A stretch of DNA of 64,000 bases. Origin: Chrysomallon squamiferum (lineage: Eukaryota; Animalia; Mollusca). The translations under genes and the position numbers were made by a program. Below the pieces are notes generated by a model. It did no database searches and was not told the DNA's origin. It saw only the letters and a list, made by a program, of their open reading frames with translations. The stretch lies in NCBI GenBank assembly GCA_012295275.1, contig CM022672.1, forward strand, positions 3,100,001 to 3,164,000. The letters are read 5' to 3'. Shown piece after piece: positions 41,001 through 53,220 of the stretch. Each line of letters begins with the position of its first letter. Within the stretch, counting starts at the first letter, position 1.

Positions 41001-44000
41001 CTGTTATTTCATGCATTATGTCATTATCTTCCCTGAACTAATACACCTATATTCAGTTACACTGCATTTCACAAAAGTCCACCACGAGGGGAAGCAGAAA
41101 TCTGCAGGATAAACATCACGCCTCAGGATTTAATAACCAAACCAACTCCTCAAGTACCTCCTCAGGTTAAATCAATAATCCGATTACTGATTATCACGGA
41201 TTATAATCCAGTAATACATGAGTTCAAAAAAAACATATCATCTTACATGAATCGGGTAGCTGACAAACTCAACCGACACTAAGTTAATAGATAAATGCAA
41301 ACAGTAATGTCTAAACACAGGATGCAAGTTGAAATTATATATACTCAGTGTTTTCTGTGTGTGTAAGATTTTTCGTTTTTATAGTTAAGTGCAGACCTGA
41401 AGTTTTATCTGTCACAGGATCAATCCTCCATGTTGCTCTTGATGGTCATTTACTGTTCTATCCACTACCTATGTTTGGTTTATCATCTGTAGTGTGTATT
41501 GTTCTATTCATTACCCGTAACTTATTTATAAAAGAATATCGTATTTGTTTTACTGTCTATGGGACGGTTCCTATAAACGACTTGTTTTGCTAATCATAAA
41601 AGAATAAACCAGTCTGTAATGGGTGTGGGTTTCTTCTCTCATTATCTCCATAGACTTTAACATATTTGTGTGATGCCAACGTAACTAAAGATCTGAATTT
41701 TTTCTTTTGTGAATGGTAGACCATTTGTGTATTTGTGTAAGAAATATGGAGAAAAATATCCAAAGAAATGCAGCCTGATAAAAAGACAAAGAAACAGAGA
41801 AAAGTGAAAAAACAAAATGTATGAGACAGTGAGGCAAAAAGATGGAGAAGAAGAGAAAAAAGAGAGAAAAGAAGGAAGAAAAAGGCTGCTGGACATACAG
41901 AACTGAAAGAAAGACAGTGAAAGAGGAAAAGCAAGCAGACTGAGAAAGAGACAAAGAAAAAGGTCTACAAAGTGTGGGTGTGTGTTTAGCACGCTGTCAG
42001 GTGCACACACAGAGAAGTCTAACGAGGAATCTCCAAGGAATCTCTAAGGAATGAAAATGGCGGAGTTCCTTCTTTTCCCACAATCCAGTTTTCTCATTTC
42101 AAGCCTCGGTGCAAACGTGGCAACTGCTTGGTAAGATTACATGCTTCTCCTGGAATTAGGATTTCACGAAGTGGTCTTCGGTTCATAAACCAGCTAAACT
42201 GTTTACCATCTGTCCGTGTGTGTGTTGTTCCACTGCAGAGTGTTAACAGAAAAACACTGGTAAACCCATTGTCTGAATGCGCTAACAGGAAAAATATATA
42301 GAAATCATTTTTTTTTTTTTTGTAATGTTTTTTTTTTTTTAGTATTTTATTTTATTATTATATTGTTGATGTGGTTTTGTGTCATTTTTTTTTTAGTTCT
42401 TGGTTGTTTTTGTGGGTTTTGGGTGTTGTTTTTTTGTTGTTTTTTTATGCTGTTTTGGATGAGCATGTTTGCATTTGGAACAGATTTATGTATTCCTTTA
42501 AATGTTCTGGTATTTTGAGAGTTTTTCTAACATTTGTAAATAAGAAATGATTTTAAACAGTTTTATGATCACTAAAAAGACATTACTGATAACGACGATA
42601 TACATTTTTTTAAATTACTGGAATGTGGATATCAGTGATCATGACACATTTGATTTTCCTGATTGTCTTCAAAATCTCAATTCCTGATACAAAATAACAG
42701 TTTTTATCACAGCAGATTTCATGTTTATTATTTTCTCGTTGAATCAAAATCCCTATAATATATTTTCCACATTTGTCGGGAGTGTTTTTTCATCTCGTTG
42801 TTCACTGGTAACAAGAAATAGACTCAAACTGCACTGACAAAGTGGTTGAAAAGCTGGAACCTCGGGAACAATAAACGTACAGGAATTCTGTGATAATCAT
42901 GGGTGTGCACATAATTCACTCCGTCTTAACATGGATACGTCTGGGATGTGCAGAACAGACTGCAGCATCATTACTGCATGCCCAAACACTGCACGTAGTG
43001 ACACTGTGAGCTTCTCACTTTGTGAGATAGCGCAGCCTTTGTCTGCCTGATTAGCATGCCTCGCATTGCTGGCACACAATGCTAGGAAAACATATTTTAA
43101 ATTCCCAAAGAGTTTGTTTGAAAATTAATAATCTTTTCAAGAAGCGAAATGTGGGAATAGACATTTCTTTCTCACATTGTGTCAGGGGAATTTGTTGTTG
43201 CTCTTATAAATAACATGGAGTTCATTTAAAGTGAAATTATAATATAATGTTGCTTGATATAAGAGATGTGGATATCACAGATATATGATGGCATGGCATA
43301 CAGCAGAAAGCTCATAACATAATAGATGAAATAAATACTATAACAACCATGTTTGAGATTTTTTACTGCATAGAAAACAAGACCCTTTTTGTAAAATTAT
43401 ATATATGTGTGTGTGTTTATTTATTTATTTATATATTAAACTATTAAAAAAAGTGTCTAAATATTTGAAATACTACACAATAGCGTTTAATCAAATATTA
43501 TATTCTATTAATACCTTGATAATAAAAGAAGTGTGAAAGATAAAAATCTATATGCACTTTACAATATTGATCACTCAATATTTGACATTAAACAGTAGGT
43601 TACAAAATATTAATAGACATCAGCTGCTGATCTAGACCTTTGAAGAGGGGAGTTAGGTAATACTGACTTCATGAGGATTTCTCAGTATAAATGTTAACTA
43701 AGAAGTATAATAGATTATTTTTTGATATATCAATGGATGGATGGATGGATATATGGATGTCTAAGAATATTAATAAAAAGAACTAGATATGACAGACAGT
43801 AAGACCTGACTGACAAAGAGACTTGACAGAGAGTTAGATTGATAAAGAGACAGAAAGACAGTAAGACAAACAGACAGCAAGGCAAACACAGACAGGACAG
43901 TCAGACACAGAATCCACACACCTTTTATTCTCAAATACTACTTTAATATATATATATGAATATATATCGTAACTATCAGCACGAGATAAAGATTATGTGT

Positions 44001-44401
44001 TCATGTGTACATATGCGTACACATACATACATTTAATATATAAAATTAAGACTGTTTTATTTACTTAATTTACTTTTTTCTGTTTTCTGAGATTTGTTTG
44101 CTGTGGTTATCCTGACATGAACATGCTCACAGCGCATCGCTAACACGACACTCGGAGATCAATACGATTTCTTTACAGTTTTATTGTCGCGTGCCGAGTA
44201 CAAATGAATCTCCACCCAAGGAAGGATGCTACGACTCCATCAGGTGATCGTCAATGCTTTTAGCCTGTTTGAGTAACACACAAAATGTCTACAGTGCAGA
44301 AAGAACAAGCCTGAAGAAGACGACGAAGTCTAAAAATAGGCTATCTATTGAAAGAGATAATGACAAAGATGAAACAGAAAGCAAAAGATATGAAAATTCA
44401 G

Positions 44402-44442
<41 letters not shown>

Positions 44443-45178
44443 TGATTCTATGCATAATAGATATCTGTGTATGTCTGTATGTATGTGTATGTGGTGTGTG
44501 TATAAATTTCATGCTCATATGTATGACAGATATTTATTCATCATAGTAGCATTAATTACATATCTATATATTATATATAAATATATATGTGTAAAAATAT
44601 GCATCCATGTGGAAATAATTTTAAATATATTTGTCTTTCTGAATGTATCTATCTATATCTCTCATTTCTGGTTGTTTTACATACTTTAACTTGATTTACA
44701 GTAAATCACAAAATAACAATCTATTTTCACAATCCTTTTTTTCTTTTCAAAAAAACCCCAGCTTCAAACGTAACATACTACTTACAACATATCCTCTCAA
44801 TATACATAACTCTGCTTCACTTAAAGAATGAGATAAAAACTCGCTATATCTCAGCTCCTCTGTTTGTAATTATGTTTTGTTTTTTAAAAAAATATCAATC
44901 TGTTTCTTTCTAAAGGAAGAGAAGGGGTAAATAATGAACTTGGCAGGCATGCAACAGTCAAACACTTGTAGGTTATGGAAGTCAGTTTAAAGAGGGAAAA
45001 AAGAAACTAAATAAAAATGTTGTAGTCTCTTTAATATAGCTCTTAGTGAAACTCAAAAATCTACTTTAAGCTTTGTAAACAAAGTTAATACTTGAAAGCA
45101 TTTGTTAAAAAGCATCAGAAGAAAATTGCTTTGATTTCTTGTAATGTTAAAATTCATGTAATAGCGTTAATAATGGTT

Positions 45179-45291
<113 letters not shown>

Positions 45292-45634
45292 ACTCACCAA
45301 TTCATTCAACACCAATCTCCAGCCTATGTAAACAACCAAACCTACACACACTATTTTTACCAATGCTGTTTGCATTGTCTAGCCTGCTGCTATAATCACG
45401 GAATGAGGCAGTTTCAAAAGTTTAATATAAACAGGCCATCTGAAAAAACATTTAGCCTGTGTTAAACAGACAGATGGCAAACTTCATGAACACAAACAAA
45501 TAAATCATTTTTAGCTTGTTTTAGTTAAGTCTGCAAACACACATTTTATACAATACCTCTAGTCATGTTCATTATACCAACTATATAACAGTACACATCA
45601 GTGATGGCTATAATATTTATTATTGTTCTTCTTT

Positions 45635-45683
<49 letters not shown>

Positions 45684-45810
45684 GTAAGTACATATTTATA
45701 TATGTATGTTTGTTAATTATTAAGATGAGGATGACATTTCATAGATGATATATCATTTTACTATTTACCAACATAAAAGAAATCCCAGTAACAAATGCCT
45801 CACTCAGCAA

Positions 45811-45813
<3 letters not shown>

Positions 45814-45892
<79 letters not shown>
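45814..45892. repeat. (CA)n microsatellite
   Basis: Direct reading. Confidence 0.97.
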
Positions 45893-45893
<1 letters not shown>

Positions 45894-47196
45894 TATTAAA
45901 TTTCCAATAACCAAGCAACACCTGGTGACAAAAGTATATTGCAATATACCTGTAGCCTCCCACCCCACCTGACATCAGCGAGACAGCACACCTTTAACAG
46001 AAATACCTGAACACACCTGTCGCCTATTTTACCACAACTGTCGCCCATTTCACAGCCAGTGTTTATATCAGGTTGTCAATTACCTGCATACGCTGAGATC
46101 TGCAATCTGTTGCTGTTGACAATACAGGTAAAAATCCACCTGTTGTGATAAAGAGAAGGCAGAGAGAGTTGTGTAACAGACATTGTGGTAGTTTGACAAT
46201 GGAGATTGCATCATAAGAACTAATGTTACGCATCTGTCATTCAGATGGCATTAGTGATTCACCTGAACTAAGTGATTTGCTATCTGGTATATTGGTCACT
46301 TTCCCTGTTTTCTGTCTGAGGTTCAAGCATGCATGTCATGGCCAATCAGAGAAAAATATGTGATATGTCGTATTCACCTGTTTATTATATCAATGAGAAT
46401 GAAGCAAGGTTGGCATGGACAAGTTATGTGACTATGGAGGCCTGTGTAATTAATAAAGTATTCATAACAATGAGATTCAAGAACGCCTGTGATGGCCAAG
46501 TAGAGAAGTTGTGTACATTGTTTTATCTGGTATAGTTATTTATCTATTATTTATATCAGTGAAACTGAATCAAGTTTATTGTGACAAAGTTGTATCAACT
46601 GATAGCCTGTTAATTATATCAGTTCGGTTCAAAGCCAAACTAAGAAAAAGTCGTATGTGATTTGTTGGTCCTATCTTCTGAAAGTGAACTAAGACACACT
46701 GTATATTAATGTATTTATAGCCACAAGGTGCAACCACATCAGTCATAAGCAAACCTCTTATTAATCAACTGACTGAACAGCATGTAAGAGCATTTTAAAT
46801 AGTGCTCGAAGGTAACAGAAATCTTAGACATGAATAAAGGCTCTGAAGTGTTTTTTTCAAACCTCAAGATTTCCATGAGTTTATCATTTCAAACCTGCTT
46901 TCTGTAACACTATTAAAGCGAAAAAGGTTAAAAGGCGCACATGCACACACACAAGAACACACACAAACACACACACACAAAATAATCTGGACCTAGAAAA
47001 AAAATATATTCATGTAGTTTATGGGTTAAAATATATTTTAAAAACAGTAACAGACCAGATTTATATTTGCTAAAGAATAAAAAGTCTTTGTTAAAAAGTA
47101 TGTATGAATGTAATTTAATGTACAGAGATTGTTCAAAGCAACTTATGACATGAAGCTTTGTAAGTAAACTACAAGATGACATGATGTAGCCTATCT

Positions 47197-47222
47197 ACTT
47201 ACCTGAAGGAGTGAAAAGATTG
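47197..47222 (-). other. Candidate recursive splice site (polyY-CAG|GTAAGT)
   Basis: The minus strand reads ccaatcttttcactccttCAG|GTAAGTag. Confidence 0.45.
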
Positions 47223-48262
47223 GTTTTTAGAAAAATAATTATCATGAAAATCATGACATTTAATTATTGAAATGTATTGTGGAAACTATATAGTTCTGTA
47301 TTTATAAATGATCTGCAAAATTGTTAAAAGACAGGTTAATTTCTTTTTCCTTTTCTTTTTTAAGAATTTTATCCAGAATGTTCATGTAATTATACATTCT
47401 GGTATTAATAACTGTAATTTTGTTTTTATAAAGGTAAGCTATAAAAAAAAATAATAATAAAAGAAAAGAAAAATAAATAAATGGCTGGTTACAAAAAAAT
47501 AATAAATAAATTTTAATCTAGAAAAACACTCGTCTTTCAATTCTGGAAACTAATTTTAAATCTGTAAATGTTTGTTTTTTTTTTGTTTTTTTTGACAAAA
47601 CTTTAAATACCAGAGTTTAAAAAAAACAAAATGTATAATAACACATGCACTGAGAGAGAAATTTTTGATCTTCAAAGATTGTTCATGCAATTAATGCTTA
47701 AAAATTAAAAAGTAATCTGCAAAAATGTTCACAGATCTCAATGTCTGAAACTTGTCTCTGAATACTCCTTGAGCAGATCTTTCTCTTCAATCTTATTTTA
47801 TCTTCAAACAAGATTTCATTTAACTCACTGAAAACAGAATCATCTTTAAATGACAGCATTTTTCTTCCAGGCTGTATAAGACTTTGAGAAATCAATGTTT
47901 GCAAATATGTTTAGTCTGATATGTTAGAACCAAACCTGTAATCACAGTCTCCTGAACTTCACGTCAGGCAAATGTAGCATACAGCAGGAAAACATTCATT
48001 TTTTTAAATTCTCTTTCACAGTGAAATGAAAATTTTAAATAGATTCTGAAATTAAATTTGTGAGTTTTTTTTTAATGCCACTCTTTTAAATATTTATTTT
48101 CGGCTAATGTACGTTTTCTCAAAGTTATTGCAATTCTTTCTTTATTTTTTATTTTATTATGTATCTTTGTGTCTGTTTTGTTAGGTGGTTTGGGAATTTT
48201 TGGGGTGATGGGGGGTGCAAATATTTGATTTTTTTCCATTTTGCTTGTCAACCCATTCTCTT

Positions 48263-48325
<63 letters not shown>

Positions 48326-48335
48326 AACACAAACA

Positions 48336-48411
<76 letters not shown>
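48263..48411. repeat. Compound (CT)n(CA)n(CACAAA)n microsatellite
   Basis: Direct reading. Confidence 0.96.
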
Positions 48412-51400
48412 ACTTATCACTTGGTATCTGTCCTTATTATTATCCATCCTCTTCACCTCTTTCTTTCTGACTAACTCTTCCTTCATTTGGCCAGCAGTAT
48501 ATAAAAGATACTTGGCTGCTACAACTCAGTAAGATCAGTCCATGGAGTTTCATTATATATGTCGTCTATTTTTGACATCTAATAACCAATAAAATTGAAA
48601 TTTGTCGGGCTGAAAGTTTAGTCAATGTATTTGTACTTGCTAAGATGTATTTAAACTACAACAAAACCAAATTAAAGGTAATTAAATGTTTAATGACACA
48701 CCCAGAACAAAAAAATTGGCTATAATATATATATATATATATATATAGATAGATAGATAGATAGATAAACAGATGATTCATAAACAGTAATAATATATAC
48801 CAGAGACATTCAGTTAAAAACTTTAATCACCAGCATCAAACATCATTCTTTTTCACACAAACAACTTAATTTAAAAATGTTCATAACATCTGACAACCAT
48901 ACAAAGACAAAACCATTAATAATTAATTAAACTCCCCTCCAATTTTTTAAAATATTTTTTCAAAATTTGATTAATTTTTTTTCCTTCAGTATCTTTGTTG
49001 GTTCTTTTTAGTTTTTATATATATATATAAATTCATTTTCTAAAATTCGTCTGTTCGTGCAAATGAGATTTTTATTTGTTCAAAGACTTATGTGAAAATT
49101 GCTGTCACATCAGAGTGTGTTAGCTCTCAGATTGACCTCTGTTACGACAAATTACAAACTTAATAATTAATTCCCAGTTAATTCAGCGCTGGACAAAATG
49201 GACTGGGAAGTTCTATTCTTTTCAGAGTTTCTGGCAGGTTTTTTTTTTTTGGGGACAAATTAATAAATCAAGCTTTTTTTGTTTTTGTAATGTTCTTTTG
49301 AAGGTTGTCGGTATTGTTATACAGTGTGCGCTCAGGCTGAACTTAAACTAATACAAACACGATTGTTTTATGCCTGATAACAAAAGCTTAAATTATTAGT
49401 TTGAGAACTGCTCTGTCGTATGAAATAAAAGATTAAATAATTTGATTCTGTTTTGGTTCTGTGATGTGGAACCAGCTTTAAACTCATATGCCGGTTGATA
49501 TTGCGTGCAGAGTAATCCTATAAAACAATGTAAAACAAAACAAAAGGAATTTGTCTATTGTTACTACACACAAAAACAAACATAAAGAAATGTTTTGGGC
49601 TTTTTTTTGTTTTTTAATCTTTACTTGATTGAAGGACAGGGTATGGATTTATGTAGAACTGATATCAGAGATCTGTTGTGGCTCATACAAAAACTAAACA
49701 AAGATAAAGAAAATGAAGAACAAAGAAGGAAAACAAATAAATACATTTAAAAATCAATAAATACAAATTAGTAATAAACAGTAATACTAGTGTAGATGTA
49801 GAACAGTGTGTAATATCTGCTGGTATTCTACTGACAGTACAGCATTACTTGTAGTAATGAGCTAGTAATGCAACTCAAATAATACTTATACAGTAGTAAC
49901 AATTACAGAAGTAGTAGCAAATTGTTTTGCTTGTTGGTGTAATATAAATTACTAACTAATATAAGCTAGCACTAGTAAAAGAACAAATAAAAATGTAGAT
50001 GAAACAGAAGTAATAATAGTAGAAACACATAAGTAATATTAGTAAAGTAGTATTAGTTTAATTATCTTTCATATGGACAATTCTAGCGAACTTGATGGAT
50101 CTGCAATTATCTCTTTGTCACTGATTATTATTCAAATATATAACACAAATACATGTGTGTGTTTGTGTGTGCATGTCTGTGTGCGTGCGCACGTGCGTAT
50201 GTGTGTGTAATTCAATGTTTAAAACAATCTCTCTCTCTCTTTTTTTTTTTCTCTCTCTCTCTCATTATCTCTGACAATCACTGACACAGAACAATAATCA
50301 ACAAAATCAAATCACAATCCTTAGATAACACTCTCTCTCTGTTTGCCAACACTCCACCGAACAAGAGATTTCTCGAGTAATTTTGTCTTAAGCAAACGTT
50401 GGACATCACCACCTTCCCTTCTGGTGTGTGCGCTCTCGGCCTGTTCAAACCGTTTTAACCCACACCTTCTCTGTACACGTTACAGACCAAACAGTCAAAT
50501 AAACTCCATCATAGCTGCAGCAGTAACAAAAAATAAAGCAGAAAGGATGGTGTTTTTAAAAGTCTACCTGTTGTGGTTTGAATAACTGATCCTCTTGCAG
50601 AAGTTATTTGTACGCTGCAAGTTGTTATTTTATTGTTGTTGGGTGACCTATGGTTTCTTGTAAGTGACTATGATAATAAAACAATTTCTGTAATAAATTA
50701 TTAGAATTAAATTTTAGTCCTTAGAAGTTAGTGTTGTGAAGTCGTTGTGTGTATATACTGTAGACAAATATGACTAATATTTCTGTTAACAGAAAAAAAC
50801 TTTAGATAATTACAGATAATTTTTTAACAATTATTTCTAAGTGTTATGAAATATACACTTTAAATATTAAGTAGCTAACATTCAAAGTTTTAGGCATGCA
50901 AAAAAATAAAATTCACAACATATTGGCATTTTAAGAAATTTTATTAGAAATTTAAAATATATAAAAGCTAACTCTGGAATGATTTCAATTTCCACTGTAA
51001 GAAATATAAAAGTTTACAGTTTTTATGGCTCAAAATCTTGTTAGCTTATCATGTGCAAACTGAAATAATTTAACAGCTCTATTAGTTTTTAATTTATAAA
51101 TATGCAAATTGTTAAAGCTAATAAATATTGATTATCATGCTGCAACAAAACTATAGCCACAAACAAGCAAAGAATTGGTGTGTTTGTTACAATATCTGCT
51201 ATAGAACTGTGGACAATATTTAAACAGATTGAGACTGACAATTATTTTTATTATTTTTATATTTATGCAGACTTTGAAGAGCTGTAGGATTTCAAGTGGT
51301 TAGGATCACGTTTATGTATGCAGTTTCATCTTGCTTACTTTTTTACATTTTAAACAACACAAATACCAAACAGAACTTTAAAAAAATATATATAAACCAA

Positions 51401-52100
51401 ATAAATTACAAAAAAGAAAGAAATCAATGGCTTTCTGCTGTATTTTATAACTTTATAAATAATCTTTTTTTTAGATAACTGGGCAAAAAAACAACACAGA
51501 AACGTGTATGTAACAGTAAATAATACCTTTAATATCAGAACAAAAAATGTTTGTTCTTATAAAAAAAAAAAGCCTGATATTTATATCAAAGCAGTTTTGA
51601 AATATACTTCAGTCACTTCAAAACAATGGCTCTGATATTAAACACAACTGTGAAGTCATTTCTCACCTGTTGTAGACATAAAACCAAACACACAGGTATA
51701 TATTTCCATAAACAACCTACAACATCTGCCACTGATGAATGTGTTTACAATTAATCATTCTGAAGACACCTGTAATTTATTTATCTCCTCTGTAATTTAC
51801 ATGAAACCAGCAAAAGCAGGCAGTTTATAAATTTCAGGTAACCTTCGTTAAGAATTACCTGCGTTGATTGATAAATCTAAGTAAACACTTTGAAATGTTT
51901 TACACAGCTGTAGATCAGTGATATTACCTGTATATATATTTAATACATTACTGTACCTGTGTGTGATTGCTTGCCTCAGTATATATATAGATAGTTACAG
52001 TAACTTATATATATATATATATCCATACATATTTATATTGTGTATCAGTGTGTGTACATAAATATGTTTTGAAATGTATGTATTTCAGCATGAACACACA

Positions 52101-52104
52101 TATA

Positions 52105-52140
<36 letters not shown>

Positions 52141-52220
52141 TGTATGTATGTATGTATGTATGTATGTATGTATGTATGTGTATGTGTGTTGTGTGTGTGT
52201 GTATGTGTGTATGTATGTAT
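52101..52220. repeat. (TA)n(TATG)n microsatellite
   Basis: Direct reading. Confidence 0.95.
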
Positions 52221-52370
52221 TTGGGTATGGATATAATCTGTCTGTACACAACCATCTGACATCCATCCATATGCATACTTACACACACACACACACATAC
52301 AGTACATACACACATAGAGTGAATTAATATCAGACAGACAGACACACAGATAAAACAACAAGTGACTTAC

Positions 52371-52449
52371 TTGCAGTAACTGTTCTGGGGATTCTCACTG
52401 ATACAAGCTGCACCATGCTGACAGGGATTTGGGTGACATGATGGAAATC
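52371..52449 (-). CDS. Notch: Notch exon 2, EGF1 N-terminal part (G-FPSCHPNPCQHGAACISENPQNSYC-N)
   Basis: Acceptor ttttgttttgcag, donor GTAAGT, 79 nt, phase 1 to 2, EGF cysteine spacing. Length and phases match vertebrate NOTCH1 exon 2 as I recall it. Confidence 0.93.
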
Positions 52450-53170
52450 CTGCAAAACAAAAGTAAAAAACATGTTTATAATTGAACTGATAGTAATACC
52501 ATATATTTATCTATCATCTATACATACATACATACATACATACATATAATAATTTGTACATAAATAGCTTACCATAAAATTAAATCTTAAATTTTTTTAA
52601 AATACACTTTTATTTGTTATTTTTACTGCATTTTTACTGGTTGTTTTATTAATATATGAGATAGTGTATAACTGTGTTTGTGTCTGAATGTTGTATCTAT
52701 GTGGGTTAAATACACATATTATGTACACTGTATTTATTATGTGTTTAACATCAAAAGATATTTTTTTTTTTAAAAGTCTTATTGGCAATATATGAAATTT
52801 TAATAAAACTTTAACAAAAAAGTATTAAGAAAATGATTAACAAGAAAATAAAACAATTGCCAAAAAAAAATAACAGAAATAAAAAAAAACATTTAAAAAA
52901 AAAAGTTTTTCTGTAAATACATAAATATTTCAGTGACAGGTGATTTGAGTAAAAGCTGTGTTCGTGATATCCGAGGTGTTTAATAAGAAATCGAGTAAAT
53001 TATTAATTGCCATCTTGTTGAACAAAGACTAACAACTTGCCCTGCACAGTTGGCCGAGTTGAGTGACATGCAATCAGGCTCAGATGTCATGCCAAAGACT
53101 GCAGCCCTACCGCCACTGATTAGCAACATCATGGCATTTGAAGCACAGTAAAACATAACAGAAAGACAGG

Positions 53171-53220
<50 letters not shown>

